A DNA stretch of 64,000 nucleotides, from NCBI GenBank assembly GCA_016190205.1, contig JACPQZ010000048.1:13943-77942 (forward strand), in the 5' to 3' direction. Positions 21,671 through 31,189 of the stretch are shown piece by piece. The notes beneath the pieces were generated by a model, which was not told the DNA's origin, did no database searches, and saw only the letters and a program-made list of their open reading frames with translations. The stretch comes from Candidatus Omnitrophota bacterium. Lineage in GTDB: Bacteria; Omnitrophota; JACPQZ01. The translations under genes and the position numbers were made by a program. Numbering within the stretch: position 1 is the first letter of the stretch; each line of letters starts with the position of its first letter.

Positions 21671-23103
21671 AGCCGGTAGAGCGTCTCGTCAACCAGGAGT
21701 ATCAGTACGGGTTCGTTACGAACGTCGAGGCGGAGACTGCGCCCCGGGGCTTAAGCGAAGATATCATCCGTTTTATTTCCGACAAAAAGCACGAACCCTC
21801 CTTCATGCTCGAATGGCGCTTGAGGGCCTACCGGCAGTGGCTCAAGATGAGCGAGCCCGCCTGGCCGAACGTGCTTTATCCCAAGATCGATTATAAGGAC
21901 ATTATTTATTATTCCGCTCCTAAGAAGAGATCGGATGGCCCTAAGAGCTTGGAGGAGGTGGATCAGGAGATACTGGCCACCTACGAGAAGTTAGGCATTC
22001 CGCTCGAGGAGCAGAAGCGACTGGCGGGCGTTGCGGTGGACGCGGTCTTTGACAGCGTATCCGTGGCGACTACTTTTAAGGAAACGCTCGCGAAGGCAGG
22101 AGTCATCTTTTGCTCGTTCAGCGAGGCGGTGGAAAAACACCCGGATTTGGTCAAGAAATACTTGGGTACGGTTGTCCCCCACACGGATAATTTTTATGCC
22201 TCCTTAAATTCCGCCGTCTTTAGCGACGGGTCGTTTGTGTACGTTCCCAACGGCGTGCGCTGTCCGATGGAGCTCTCCACGTATTTTAGGATCAATGCGG
22301 CCGACACGGGCCAGTTTGAGCGCACCCTTATCATTGCCGATGAGGGTGCCTACGTGAGCTACCTGGAGGGTTGCACAGCCCCCTTGCGCGATAAGAATCA
22401 GCTGCATGCCGCGGTGGTCGAGCTCGTGGCGCTCGAGGGCGCGGAGATCAAGTATTCCACCGTGCAGAACTGGTATCCGGGGGATAAGGAAGGAAAGGGC
22501 GGCATCTATAATTTCGTAACCAAGCGCGGCAAGTGCGCGGGCGCCAGTTCAAAGATCAGCTGGACGCAGGTCGAGACGGGCTCGGCCATTACCTGGAAAT
22601 ACCCGAGCGTGATCCTACAGGGCGATAACTCCGTGGGGGAATTTTACTCGGCGGCCTTGACCAATAACTATCAGCAGGCGGATACCGGCACCAAGATGAT
22701 CCACATCGGGAAGAATACGCGCAGTACCATCATTTCCAAGGGGATCGCGGCCGGGCACGGGCGCAACACGTACCGGGGGCTCGTCAAGGTCATGCCGGGT
22801 GCCACGGGGGCCCGCAACTACACGCAGTGCGATTCGCTCCTGATGGGTTCCCGGGCGAGCGCCAACACCTTTCCTTACATTGAAGTCAAGAACCGGACGG
22901 CGCAGGTCGAGCACGAGGCGACCACGTCCAAGATTGGGGAGGATCAGCTTTTCTACTGCATGGCCCGCGGCCTCTCGGGCGAGGACGCCGTGTCCATGAT
23001 CGTGAACGGTTTTTGCAAGGAGGTATTTGGGCATCTGCCCATGGAATTTGCGGTGGAGGCTACGAAACTTTTGAACGTGAGTTTGGAGGGAAGCGTCGGA
23101 TAA
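21667..23103 (+). CDS. sufB: Fe-S cluster assembly protein SufB
   Basis: Full-length SufB-like sequence. Confidence 0.9.
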
Positions 23104-23885
23104 TGTTAGACATTCGCGATCTACACGTCCGCGTGGGCGGAGCGGAAATATTGAAAGGCATTGATCTAAAGATTGGTGCAGGGGAGGTCCACGCCATCAT
23201 GGGGCCTAACGGATCGGGCAAGAGCACCCTCACGCAGGTTTTGGCCGGAAATCCCCAATACGAAGTGACCCGGGGAGAGGTGCTTTATGAAGGAAAGGAA
23301 CTCTTGAAGATGGAGCCCGAGAATCGCGCGCGGGAGGGAGTTTTTCTCGCGTTTCAGTATCCGGTAGAGATCCCTGGTGTCAATAATGCCTATTTCCTTA
23401 AAGCCGCCTTAAATGAGATCCGGGCTCACCGAGGAAAGCCTCCCCTAGACGCCATGGAGTTTTTGGAGCTTCTTAGAGAAAAGCTCAAGCTCGTAGGCAT
23501 GGATGAAGGATTTAAAAACCGGCCCGTAAACCAGGGCTTTTCGGGCGGTGAAAAGAAACGCAATGAGATGCTCCAGCTCGCCGTCCTGGAGCCCAAGCTC
23601 GCCATACTGGACGAAACGGACTCGGGCCTCGACATCGACGCCCTCAAGGCCGTGGCCCAGGGTGTAAACGCCATGCGTAGTCCCCAACGGGCCATGCTCA
23701 TCGTGACGCATTATCAAAGGCTTCTCAATTACATCACACCGGACAGGGTGCATGTCCTGGCTGAGGGGAGGATTGCCCTAACCGGCGGGCCGAAGCTTGC
23801 CCATGAGCTTGAGGCAAAAGGGTATGATTGGGTCCGGAAGCAGGCCCTCGCGGGCCGGGCCCTGGCAGGAAAGGAAAAGACGTGA
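23103..23885 (+). CDS. sufC: Fe-S cluster assembly ATPase SufC
   Basis: ABC ATPase motifs GPNGSGKST and LSGGEKKR; position after sufB. Confidence 0.9.
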   Translation: MLDIRDLHVRVGGAEILKGIDLKIGAGEVHAIMGPNGSGKSTLTQVLAGNPQYEVTRGEVLYEGKELLKMEPENRAREGVFLAFQYPVEIPGVNNAYFLKAALNEIRAHRGKPPLDAMEFLELLREKLKLVGMDEGFKNRPVNQGFSGGEKKRNEMLQLAVLEPKLAILDETDSGLDIDALKAVAQGVNAMRSPQRAMLIVTHYQRLLNYITPDRVHVLAEGRIALTGGPKLAHELEAKGYDWVRKQALAGRALAGKEKT

Positions 23886-23886
23886 T

Positions 23887-25219
23887 GACCCCTGAAAGCT
23901 GTGTGGCGCTCTTTGAGCGATTTGCGGGCGCGAGAAAGGAGCCTGAAGGACTCATGACGCTGCGCCGCGAGGCCATCGCGCGCTTTTCCGAGCTGGGGTT
24001 TCCCACGCAAAAGCTCGAGGACTGGAAGTATACGGGGCTCAAGCCTGTTGTGGAGCATGCGTTCGAGCTCGCCCCCGAATCCCAGGCCCTGCCCGCAGTC
24101 CGCCAGTTGGCCGAACGGGTCATCTTTAAAGAGGCGCTAAAATCGCATGTGGTCTTTATCGATGGTGTGTATTCCAAAGAACTCTCCACTCTTCCGCGAG
24201 TTGGCCCCGGCGCGGGGGTAGGCAGTTTGTGGAACGCCCTGCGGATCGAGCCCGAGCGCGTGCTCAAGCACCTCGGCCGTTACGGCCTGTGCGGGGCCGA
24301 CGCCTTTACGGCCCTCAACACGGCCTTCTACCGGGACGGGGCCTTCATTTATCTCCCCGCGGGGACCTCTCTGGAAGAACTGGTCCAAATCGTCTATATT
24401 TCCCTTGCCTCAAGTCCCGGCACGATGACCCAGCCGCGCACCCTGGTGGTGGCGGAGGACGAAAGCCGGGCCCGGCTCGTCGAAACCTATGTCACTTTGG
24501 GGGACGGCCCCTCACTCACCAACGCCGTGACCGAGATCTACTTGGGCCCCGGTGCCGGGGTTGTGCATTACCGCGTTCAAGAGGAGTCCCTGACCGGGTA
24601 TCACATCGGCTCGACCCATGTCTGGCAGGGGGCGGACAGTACGTTTAGTTCTTTTTCGGTGGCCACCGGAGCTCTCCTGGCCAAGACAAGCACACGGGTG
24701 ATATTGGGCGAGGAACACAGCGGCGCGCGTCTCATGGGGCTGTATCTCGCCCACGGCGGCCAGCACCTCGACAATCAGACGTTCATCAGTCACGCCAAGC
24801 CACACACGACCAGCCGCCAGCTCTACAAAGGGATTTTAGACGGAAACTCGACCGCGGTGTTTAACGGAAAGATCATTGTGGAGCGCGAGGCCCAGAAGAC
24901 CGATGCGCTTCAGAAAAATAAAACCTTGTTGCTTTCCGATCGCGCTTCTTGCGACACGCGGCCGCAGCTGGAGATTTTTGCAGATGACGTCAAGTGCGCG
25001 CACGGCGCAGCAGTGGGTGAGCTCGACGCGCAGGCCCTCTTTTATTTAAAGAGCCGGGGCATGGGGGACGACTCCGCCAGAGGGCTGCTCACCGAAGGCT
25101 TTGCGCATGAAGTGATCGATGACATCCTGATAGAAGGACTGAAGGCCAGGGTCAGTTCAATGTTAAGGCAAAAGTTTTTTAATGGAGGCCGCGCGCGTCA
25201 TGGTGAAGTTGATGGCTGA
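23887..25219 (+). CDS. sufD: Fe-S cluster assembly protein SufD
   Basis: SufB/D-family C-terminal beta-helix region; position between sufC and sufS. Confidence 0.8.
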
Positions 25220-26435
25220 TTTTGACGTGGAGCGCATCCGGAGAGATTTCCCGGCCCTCGCGCAAAAGGTGCGGGGGCACGGCTTGGTCTACCTCGACAA
25301 CGCCGCCACGACCCAGAAGCCGAAACCTGTGATCGATACCCTTGTCGAATTTTACACGACGCACAACGCCAATATCCACCGCGGGGTGCACGCCTTGAGC
25401 GAGCGCTCCACCCAGGCCTACGAAGAGGCCCGGAAAAAGATCCAGCGTTTCATCAACGCTGAAAGTCATGAGGAGATCGTCTTTGTGCGGGGTACCACCG
25501 AGGGCATCAATCTCGTCGCCCATTCCTTCGGCCGCCCGCGCATTCACAAAGGGGATGAGATCGTCGTCTCGGCCATGGAACACCACTCCAATATCGTGCC
25601 CTGGCAGATCCTGCGCGACGAGACGGGGGCGAATCTGAAAGTCATCCCCGTGAGCGATGAGGGGGAGTTGGACCTCGCGGCCTACGAAAGACTCCTGACG
25701 GAGCGGACGCGGCTTGTGAGCGTTGTCTACGTCTCCAACTCCATCGGCACCGTCAATCCCATGAGTCTCATCATTCAAAAGGCGCATGCGCGGGGGATTC
25801 CGGTCTTGGTGGACGGGGCGCAGGCTGTCTCTCATCTCATGGTGGACGTGCAGGCCCTCGACTGTGACTTTTTTGCCTTTAGCGGGCACAAGCTCTTCGG
25901 GCCGACCGGAGTGGGTGTCCTGTACGCGAAGAAAGCGCATCTTGCGGCCATGCCTCCTTACCAGGGGGGCGGCGACATGATTAGCTCCGTGACTTTTGAA
26001 AAGACGCGCTACAACACCCTCCCTTATAAATTTGAGGCGGGGACGCCGCATATCTCTGGGGGGATCGGGCTGGGGAGCGCGGTGGATTATCTGGAGCGGG
26101 CGGGGATGGAAAAAATCGCGGCATATGAATCCGAGCTTTTGGATTATGCCACCGAGGCCTTGGGGCGCGTGGAGGACCTTCGCATCATCGGAACGTCCCG
26201 GCATAAGGCCAGCATCGTCTCCTTTGTCCTGGGCGACATCCATGCGCATGACGTCGGGACTATCTTGGATAGATATGGTGTCGCTGTTCGGACGGGCCAC
26301 CACTGCACTATGCCGCTTATGGAGCGCTTCGGGGTGGCGGCCACGGTCCGCGCCTCTTTCGCGTTTTATAATACCCGGAGGGATGTGGACAGCCTGGTAG
26401 AAGCCCTGAATCAAGTGCGCAAGGTGTTTCGCTGA
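25200..26435 (+). CDS. sufS: Cysteine desulfurase SufS
   Basis: PLP lysine (SGHKLFGP) and active-site Cys (GHHCTMP). Confidence 0.9.
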   Translation: MVKLMADFDVERIRRDFPALAQKVRGHGLVYLDNAATTQKPKPVIDTLVEFYTTHNANIHRGVHALSERSTQAYEEARKKIQRFINAESHEEIVFVRGTTEGINLVAHSFGRPRIHKGDEIVVSAMEHHSNIVPWQILRDETGANLKVIPVSDEGELDLAAYERLLTERTRLVSVVYVSNSIGTVNPMSLIIQKAHARGIPVLVDGAQAVSHLMVDVQALDCDFFAFSGHKLFGPTGVGVLYAKKAHLAAMPPYQGGGDMISSVTFEKTRYNTLPYKFEAGTPHISGGIGLGSAVDYLERAGMEKIAAYESELLDYATEALGRVEDLRIIGTSRHKASIVSFVLGDIHAHDVGTILDRYGVAVRTGHHCTMPLMERFGVAATVRASFAFYNTRRDVDSLVEALNQVRKVFR

Positions 26436-26890
26436 TGTCCGACCTGCGCGAGCTTTACCAGGAGATGATCCTCGAGCACAACAAACAGCCCCGGAATTTC
26501 CGGGAGATACAGGACGCGACGGCGCGGACGGAGGGTTTTAATCCCCTGTGCGGAGACCGGCTGACGGTGTATCTAAAGATCGCTGGAGGCAGGGTGAAGG
26601 ACGTGAGTTTCAAGGGTTCCGGCTGCGCGATTTCCAAGTCGTCGGCGTCCATGATGACGGCTGCGGTCATGGGCCGGACGGTCAAAGAGGCGGAACACCT
26701 CTTTCAAGCCTTTCGCGACATGCTCTCATCTAAAAAAGGGGCCCCGTTCGACGCGGAGAGACTTGGGAAACTGGCCGTTTTTTCTGGGGTGAATGAGTAC
26801 CCGGCGCGCATTAAATGCGCGACCTTGGCCTGGCACACACTGCGTGCCGCGCTGGATGGCGGGACGGATGGTTCGGTGTCGACCGAGTGA
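26435..26890 (+). CDS. sufU: SufU/IscU-like sulfur acceptor
   Basis: Cys motifs NPLCGD and GSGCAISKSSASMM. Confidence 0.8.
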   Translation: MSDLRELYQEMILEHNKQPRNFREIQDATARTEGFNPLCGDRLTVYLKIAGGRVKDVSFKGSGCAISKSSASMMTAAVMGRTVKEAEHLFQAFRDMLSSKKGAPFDAERLGKLAVFSGVNEYPARIKCATLAWHTLRAALDGGTDGSVSTE

Positions 26891-26950
26891 TGCGTTGTGC
26901 GTGGAGCGTTGTGCGTTGTGCGTGGAGCGTTGTGCGTTGTGCGTGGAGCG
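26891..26950 (+). repeat. Tandem repeat, 3 x 21 nt (GTGCGTTGTGCGTGGAGCGTT), built from related heptamers
   Basis: Seen directly between sufU and sufT. Confidence 0.8.
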
Positions 26951-26956
26951 GAATAA

Positions 26957-27493
26957 ATGTTTGAAACGGTAAAGACCACTCGCGACTGCGAAGCGACTGA
27001 AATTCCGAGCGGGCATAAGATCACCCTCCCCGCGGGGACGGAGGTGCGCATTACCCAGGTTGCTGGAAATTCCTATACGGTCATGTCCGACTTGGGATTC
27101 ATGGCGAGCGTTGCCGGAAAAGATGCCGATGCAATTGGCAAAGAGCCGCTCGTGTCCGAGGATTCGAACCAGGCGGGCGGCACTCTCGAGGAGCAAGTCG
27201 AGGCCCAGCTTAAGACTTGCTTCGACCCCGAGATCCCCATCAACATCGTGGACTTAGGACTCATCTACGATCGGAAATTTTTGGATACGCAAGGCGGCGG
27301 AAGACGCGTGGAGATCAAGATGACCCTGACCGCCCCCGGCTGCGGCATGGGGGAATGGCTCAAGCAGGACATCGAGGCGAAACTCCTTAGGCTCGCCGGC
27401 ATCAAAGAAGTCGGGGTCGAGCTCGTCTGGGACCCTCCCTGGGACCGGAGCCGCATGTCCGAGGCCGCCAAGCTGCAGCTGGGAATGATGTAA
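26957..27493 (+). CDS. sufT: DUF59/SufT-family Fe-S assembly protein with an approximately 80-aa N-terminal extension
   Basis: Motifs FDPEIPINIVDLGLIY and TAPGCG. Confidence 0.7.
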   Translation: MFETVKTTRDCEATEIPSGHKITLPAGTEVRITQVAGNSYTVMSDLGFMASVAGKDADAIGKEPLVSEDSNQAGGTLEEQVEAQLKTCFDPEIPINIVDLGLIYDRKFLDTQGGGRRVEIKMTLTAPGCGMGEWLKQDIEAKLLRLAGIKEVGVELVWDPPWDRSRMSEAAKLQLGMM

Positions 27494-27512
27494 CCCATTC
27501 TCCATCCCGATC

Positions 27513-29150
27513 GTGCAATCCCAATCCTCGACCGAAACCGTTTTTTCCTACCACCAACAGACGAAGCACCATTTTGACCGATATGCCAGCTCATTGGGTT
27601 ATCTCGACTGGGCCACGCAGCCCAATCCCTTCCGGATGTGGGAGGGCTCCGAGGTCATCCCGCTCCCCCTTCTAAAAAAGGATCCAGGCACGGCGTATGA
27701 CGACCTCTATCACCGGGATCGCAACCCGCAGCAAGCCCTGTGCTGGGATACCCTCGGGGCCTATTTCGAGCTCTCTCTTGGGATATCCGCCTGGAAATCG
27801 ACCGGAGTCACGCACTGGGCTCTGCGCGTAAATCCCTCAAGTGGCAACCTGCATCCTACCGAGGGTTACGTCATCCTGCCTGACATGAGCGAAGTCCGGG
27901 GCGGCGTCTTTCATTACAATCCATTGTTGCATGCCCTGGAGCGCCGGGCGACTCTGCCTGGAGAGGCAGGCAACGGACTTGAGACCCATTTCGGGGCCCC
28001 GGGCTTTCTCGTTGTTTTAACGAGCGTTTACTGGAGGGAATCCTGGAAATACGGAGAGCGGGGATTTCGCTACTCGATGCACGATGCGGGGCATGCGCTG
28101 GGAGCGCTTGTTTTTTCGGGCGCCCTCCTGGGGTGGCGGCACACGTTTCTTAAGGAGGTCTTGGACGAAGAGGCGGAGGCCCTAGTCGGTTTTGACCGCG
28201 TCCGCTGGACCCGCCACGAGGAGGAGTTTGTAGACGCGGTTGCTTTTGTGTGTACCGGTGCCGGTCGCAACATTCCTAAGCGGCTTCCTCCAGAACTAGT
28301 CCGGGAGGCATCCCGGTGCGAGTTCAAGGGAAGTCCAAACCGCTTGAGCGGCGGACATGCGGATTGGGAAGCGATTGAGCGTGTGGCTCTAACCACGCGG
28401 AAGGAGCATGGGCTGACGGATGTCTGGCAGGCGCCCTCAAGGCCCTATCTGGACCGGGTCCGGTATGGATTCAGCGCCTCCGAGGTCATCCGCAAAAGGC
28501 GCAGTGCGGTGGCCATGGACGGAGCGACCGGTCTCACGCGGGACGAATTCCTGGCCATTCTGGACCGGACCCTCCCGCGCGCAGGGTGCGCGCCCTTCGA
28601 TATCGAGCTGGGGTCCCCTCACGCACATCTTTTTCTCTTTGTCCACCGCGTGGACGGCCTAGATCCCGGTCTTTATTTCCTTATCAGGAATGAGGCCGAC
28701 GCGGATGATTTAAAAAGGGCCTGTCACGAGGAATTTCTCTGGCAGCCGGTGGAAGCCGGTTTTCCCCTAGCTCTTCTCAAGAAAGGGGATTACCGCGCCC
28801 AAGCAGCCGAGGTCAGTTGTCACCAAGACATTGCCGGGGACAGCGCCTTTTCGCTGGGCCAGATCGCGCGGTTTCGGGATATCGTTGAGGAAAATCCCTG
28901 GTGCTATCGGCGGCTATTCTGGGAGACCGGACTGGTGGGCCAGGTGCTCTATTTGGAAGCGGAGGCGTTGGGAAAGAGCGCGACGGGGATCGGCTGTTAT
29001 TTCGACGATCCCGTGCATGAGCTTTTAGGATTGACGGACGACAGTTTTCAAAGTCTCTACCATTTTACGGTGGGCGGCGCGGTGGTGGATGAACGCCTCA
29101 CCACATATTCGGCCTATCACCATCTAAAAGACGTGAATCGTGATTCGTGA
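27513..29150 (+). CDS. Nitroreductase-superfamily protein with probable tandem domains (SagB/ThcOx-like dehydrogenase)
   Basis: N-terminal YHQQTKHHFDRYA resembles the SagB-type dehydrogenase start. 545 aa, about twice a single nitroreductase domain. The C-terminal 6 aa are encoded by a CGTGAAT heptamer repeat. Confidence 0.55.
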   Translation: MQSQSSTETVFSYHQQTKHHFDRYASSLGYLDWATQPNPFRMWEGSEVIPLPLLKKDPGTAYDDLYHRDRNPQQALCWDTLGAYFELSLGISAWKSTGVTHWALRVNPSSGNLHPTEGYVILPDMSEVRGGVFHYNPLLHALERRATLPGEAGNGLETHFGAPGFLVVLTSVYWRESWKYGERGFRYSMHDAGHALGALVFSGALLGWRHTFLKEVLDEEAEALVGFDRVRWTRHEEEFVDAVAFVCTGAGRNIPKRLPPELVREASRCEFKGSPNRLSGGHADWEAIERVALTTRKEHGLTDVWQAPSRPYLDRVRYGFSASEVIRKRRSAVAMDGATGLTRDEFLAILDRTLPRAGCAPFDIELGSPHAHLFLFVHRVDGLDPGLYFLIRNEADADDLKRACHEEFLWQPVEAGFPLALLKKGDYRAQAAEVSCHQDIAGDSAFSLGQIARFRDIVEENPWCYRRLFWETGLVGQVLYLEAEALGKSATGIGCYFDDPVHELLGLTDDSFQSLYHFTVGGAVVDERLTTYSAYHHLKDVNRDS

Positions 29151-29160
29151 ATCGTGAATC
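29132..29160 (+). repeat. Heptamer tandem repeat (CGTGAAT-type) spanning the stop of the preceding CDS
   Basis: acgtgaatcgtgattcgtgaatcgtgaatc. Confidence 0.8.
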
Positions 29161-29185
29161 TCCGCCTGAAGCGGGGTGAAGCGGC

Positions 29186-29686
29186 ATGGAGAAAGCGCCA
29201 ATGAAAAATACCATCCTGACCACACTCTGTTATGTTAAAAAAGGCGGGAAGACGCTTATGCTCCACAAGAATAAGAAGCCCGGCGATGTCCATCAGGGAA
29301 AATGGAACGGGCTGGGAGGAAAGTTTTTTCCGGGAGAGACGCCCGAGGAATGTGCCAAAAGAGAGGTCTGGGAGGAGTCCGGGCTCACGATCCGCAATCC
29401 CATTCTAAGAGGGGTGCTCACGTATCCCATGTTCTTGCATGGGTCTGACGAATACGTTTTTATTTTTACAGCGACGAAATTTTCCGGCCGCTTGATCGAT
29501 TCGCCGGAGGGAGACTTGAAGTGGGTTCAGGATAGTCGTCTCATGGAGCTTTCGCTCTGGGAAGGCGATCCACTTTTTTGGGAGTGGATGAAGGACGGCA
29601 GATTTTTCTCCGGAAAGATGGTTTACCGGGGCGAGAGACTCTTGCGCCATGAGGTCACCTTTTACGGAACCCGGCGGAGGGCGTGA
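29186..29686 (+). CDS. NUDIX hydrolase (MutT-like)
   Basis: Nudix box GGKFFPGETPEECAKREVWEESGL. Confidence 0.8.
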   Translation: MEKAPMKNTILTTLCYVKKGGKTLMLHKNKKPGDVHQGKWNGLGGKFFPGETPEECAKREVWEESGLTIRNPILRGVLTYPMFLHGSDEYVFIFTATKFSGRLIDSPEGDLKWVQDSRLMELSLWEGDPLFWEWMKDGRFFSGKMVYRGERLLRHEVTFYGTRRRA

Positions 29687-29725
29687 TATAATAGCTTCAC
29701 AAAAGCCATCATCAGGAGGTGACAC

Positions 29726-30001
29726 ATGGGTGGAACAGCGTTTTTACTCTTGGCAATTGTAGCCGGGTATTGGCTGCTCGAGCGCGCCGAACAGCAGAAG
29801 GGCGGCATGAAGCGGCTGGGCCGCATCCTGGGTCTTGTGGTGATCGCGATCGCGCTCATCGGAACCGCGTGCAAGGTCTATTGCATCTCCAGCGGAAACT
29901 ATGCCTCCTGCCCGGTTGGCTTCAGCGGGAAAGGCAAGGGGATGTACTGTCCCATGTCCATGCGCCCGTCCGCCACTACAACGCCAGCGGACGGGCGCTG
30001 A
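29726..30001 (+). CDS. Small Cys-rich membrane protein (hypothetical)
   Basis: AGGAGG RBS. Two TM segments and six Cys. Confidence 0.4.
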   Translation: MGGTAFLLLAIVAGYWLLERAEQQKGGMKRLGRILGLVVIAIALIGTACKVYCISSGNYASCPVGFSGKGKGMYCPMSMRPSATTTPADGR

Positions 30002-30190
30002 TGCATGGGTGGCGCCCGCCCGCCTTCGATGGCGCCCTCCAGCACCGAATAAACCCCTGGCGGCGTAGCTTCCGCCTCCGCCTCCGCCCAAGGCGGATCA
30101 GCCTTTGGCTGACGAGGCGGACCCGCTGTTGCGGGCAGTTGGCAGCCTCTGGCCCGCAGGGAGCAGTGAACTCGTACATAGATTGAGCGA

Positions 30191-30263
30191 GGCGGCGTAG
30201 CTCAGTTGGTAGAGCAGCGGACTCATAAGCCGCGCGTCAGTGGTTCGATTCCACTCGCCGCCA
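30191..30263 (+). tRNA. tRNA with a CAU anticodon. It is either elongator Met or the tRNA-Ile2 lysidine substrate.
   Basis: GGCGGCGTAGCTCAGTTGGTAGAGCAGCGGACTCATAAGCCGCGCGTCAGTGGTTCGATTCCACTCGCCGCCA. Standard cloverleaf with a G1:C72 pair. Confidence 0.8.
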
Positions 30264-30290
30264 CCTCTTCCTCCGTGCGAGCCCCTTCGG

Positions 30291-30490
30291 GAATCGTGAA
30301 TCGTGAATCGTTTATCGGTCATCGGTAATCGCAAGCGCCGTTGGCTATCAGACTTCAGCCAAAGGTGGAGCATACAACCGGCGGCTGCAAGTTGAGGGCG
30401 CATGATATTTCTCTTTCTTGCGATAACCGATCACCGCTCACCGATAAACGAATTAGCGATGACCGATCACCGAGCACCGATCACCGGAGC
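30291..30490 (+). repeat. Heptamer-array hairpin downstream of the tRNA
   Basis: A (CGTGAAT)x3 run, then arm cgtttatcggtcatcggtaatcgc (30310-30332). Its reverse complement gcgataaccgatcaccgctcaccgataaacg lies at 30420-30450. Further ACCGATC-type heptamers extend to 30490. Confidence 0.7.
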
Positions 30491-30646
30491 AGTAGATTGA
30501 GGAATTATATTTCTCACCTTTTACACTTTTACCCAACTCCTACCAAATCTTAACAATTTCTGGCAATAATCCCGTCGCAAAAGTGTTTCTATAATCGGGG
30601 AAACACCTGCTTCACGGTGTGATTCATTGACTGCGGGAGGTGTCAT

Positions 30647-31189
30647 ATGAATCTAAAACCTTCGGTCATAGTTTATGCCGCTCTTTTAGCGTGCCTCGCG
30701 GCCAACACGCTAGGCATAGCTTATGCTGAAGAAAAGCGCGTTTCGGCCGCGCTTACGTTTCAGTACGACCCCCAAGTAAAAGAGCTCAACCTCACCCAAC
30801 AGAAGGTCGTGCCTCGGGAGACTCCTAAAAATAGAAGCCGCGTTCTCCAGCCCGGCACATGGCGCGTGGACATGCTGGATGCAAGCGGCCATATATTATC
30901 CAAAACGCACATCGCAGACCCCACTCTCATTTATGCCGATTGGCCGGTTGATCCGGAGTCGTCCGAGCCGGGGCTTCTCACAGGAACGCAGGTTCAATTG
31001 GAGGAAGCCGAGTTTTCGGTTGTCGTGCCATTTGAAATGGGTCTTTCGCGCGCGGTCATCAGAAAACCCAGGTTTAATGCCGAGCGCCGCTTTAAGCGCT
31101 TCGAGCGGATCGGTTCCCTGGGGGTGGACCGGTCGGCGTTGATCCAGCAATACCAGGAGGTCATGGGTCATGACTCGGCCAAGCCTTGA
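30647..31189 (+). CDS. Secreted hypothetical protein (180 aa)
   Basis: Signal peptide. GGAGG RBS. Confidence 0.55.
   Translation: MNLKPSVIVYAALLACLAANTLGIAYAEEKRVSAALTFQYDPQVKELNLTQQKVVPRETPKNRSRVLQPGTWRVDMLDASGHILSKTHIADPTLIYADWPVDPESSEPGLLTGTQVQLEEAEFSVVVPFEMGLSRAVIRKPRFNAERRFKRFERIGSLGVDRSALIQQYQEVMGHDSAKP

Noticed and set aside
29726-30001. Calling the 91-aa Cys-rich ORF a bacteriocin or RiPP precursor because of its proximity to the SagB-like gene.
   Set aside because: It has two TM helices and no leader-core organization. No cyclodehydratase is present. It is kept as a hypothetical small membrane protein.
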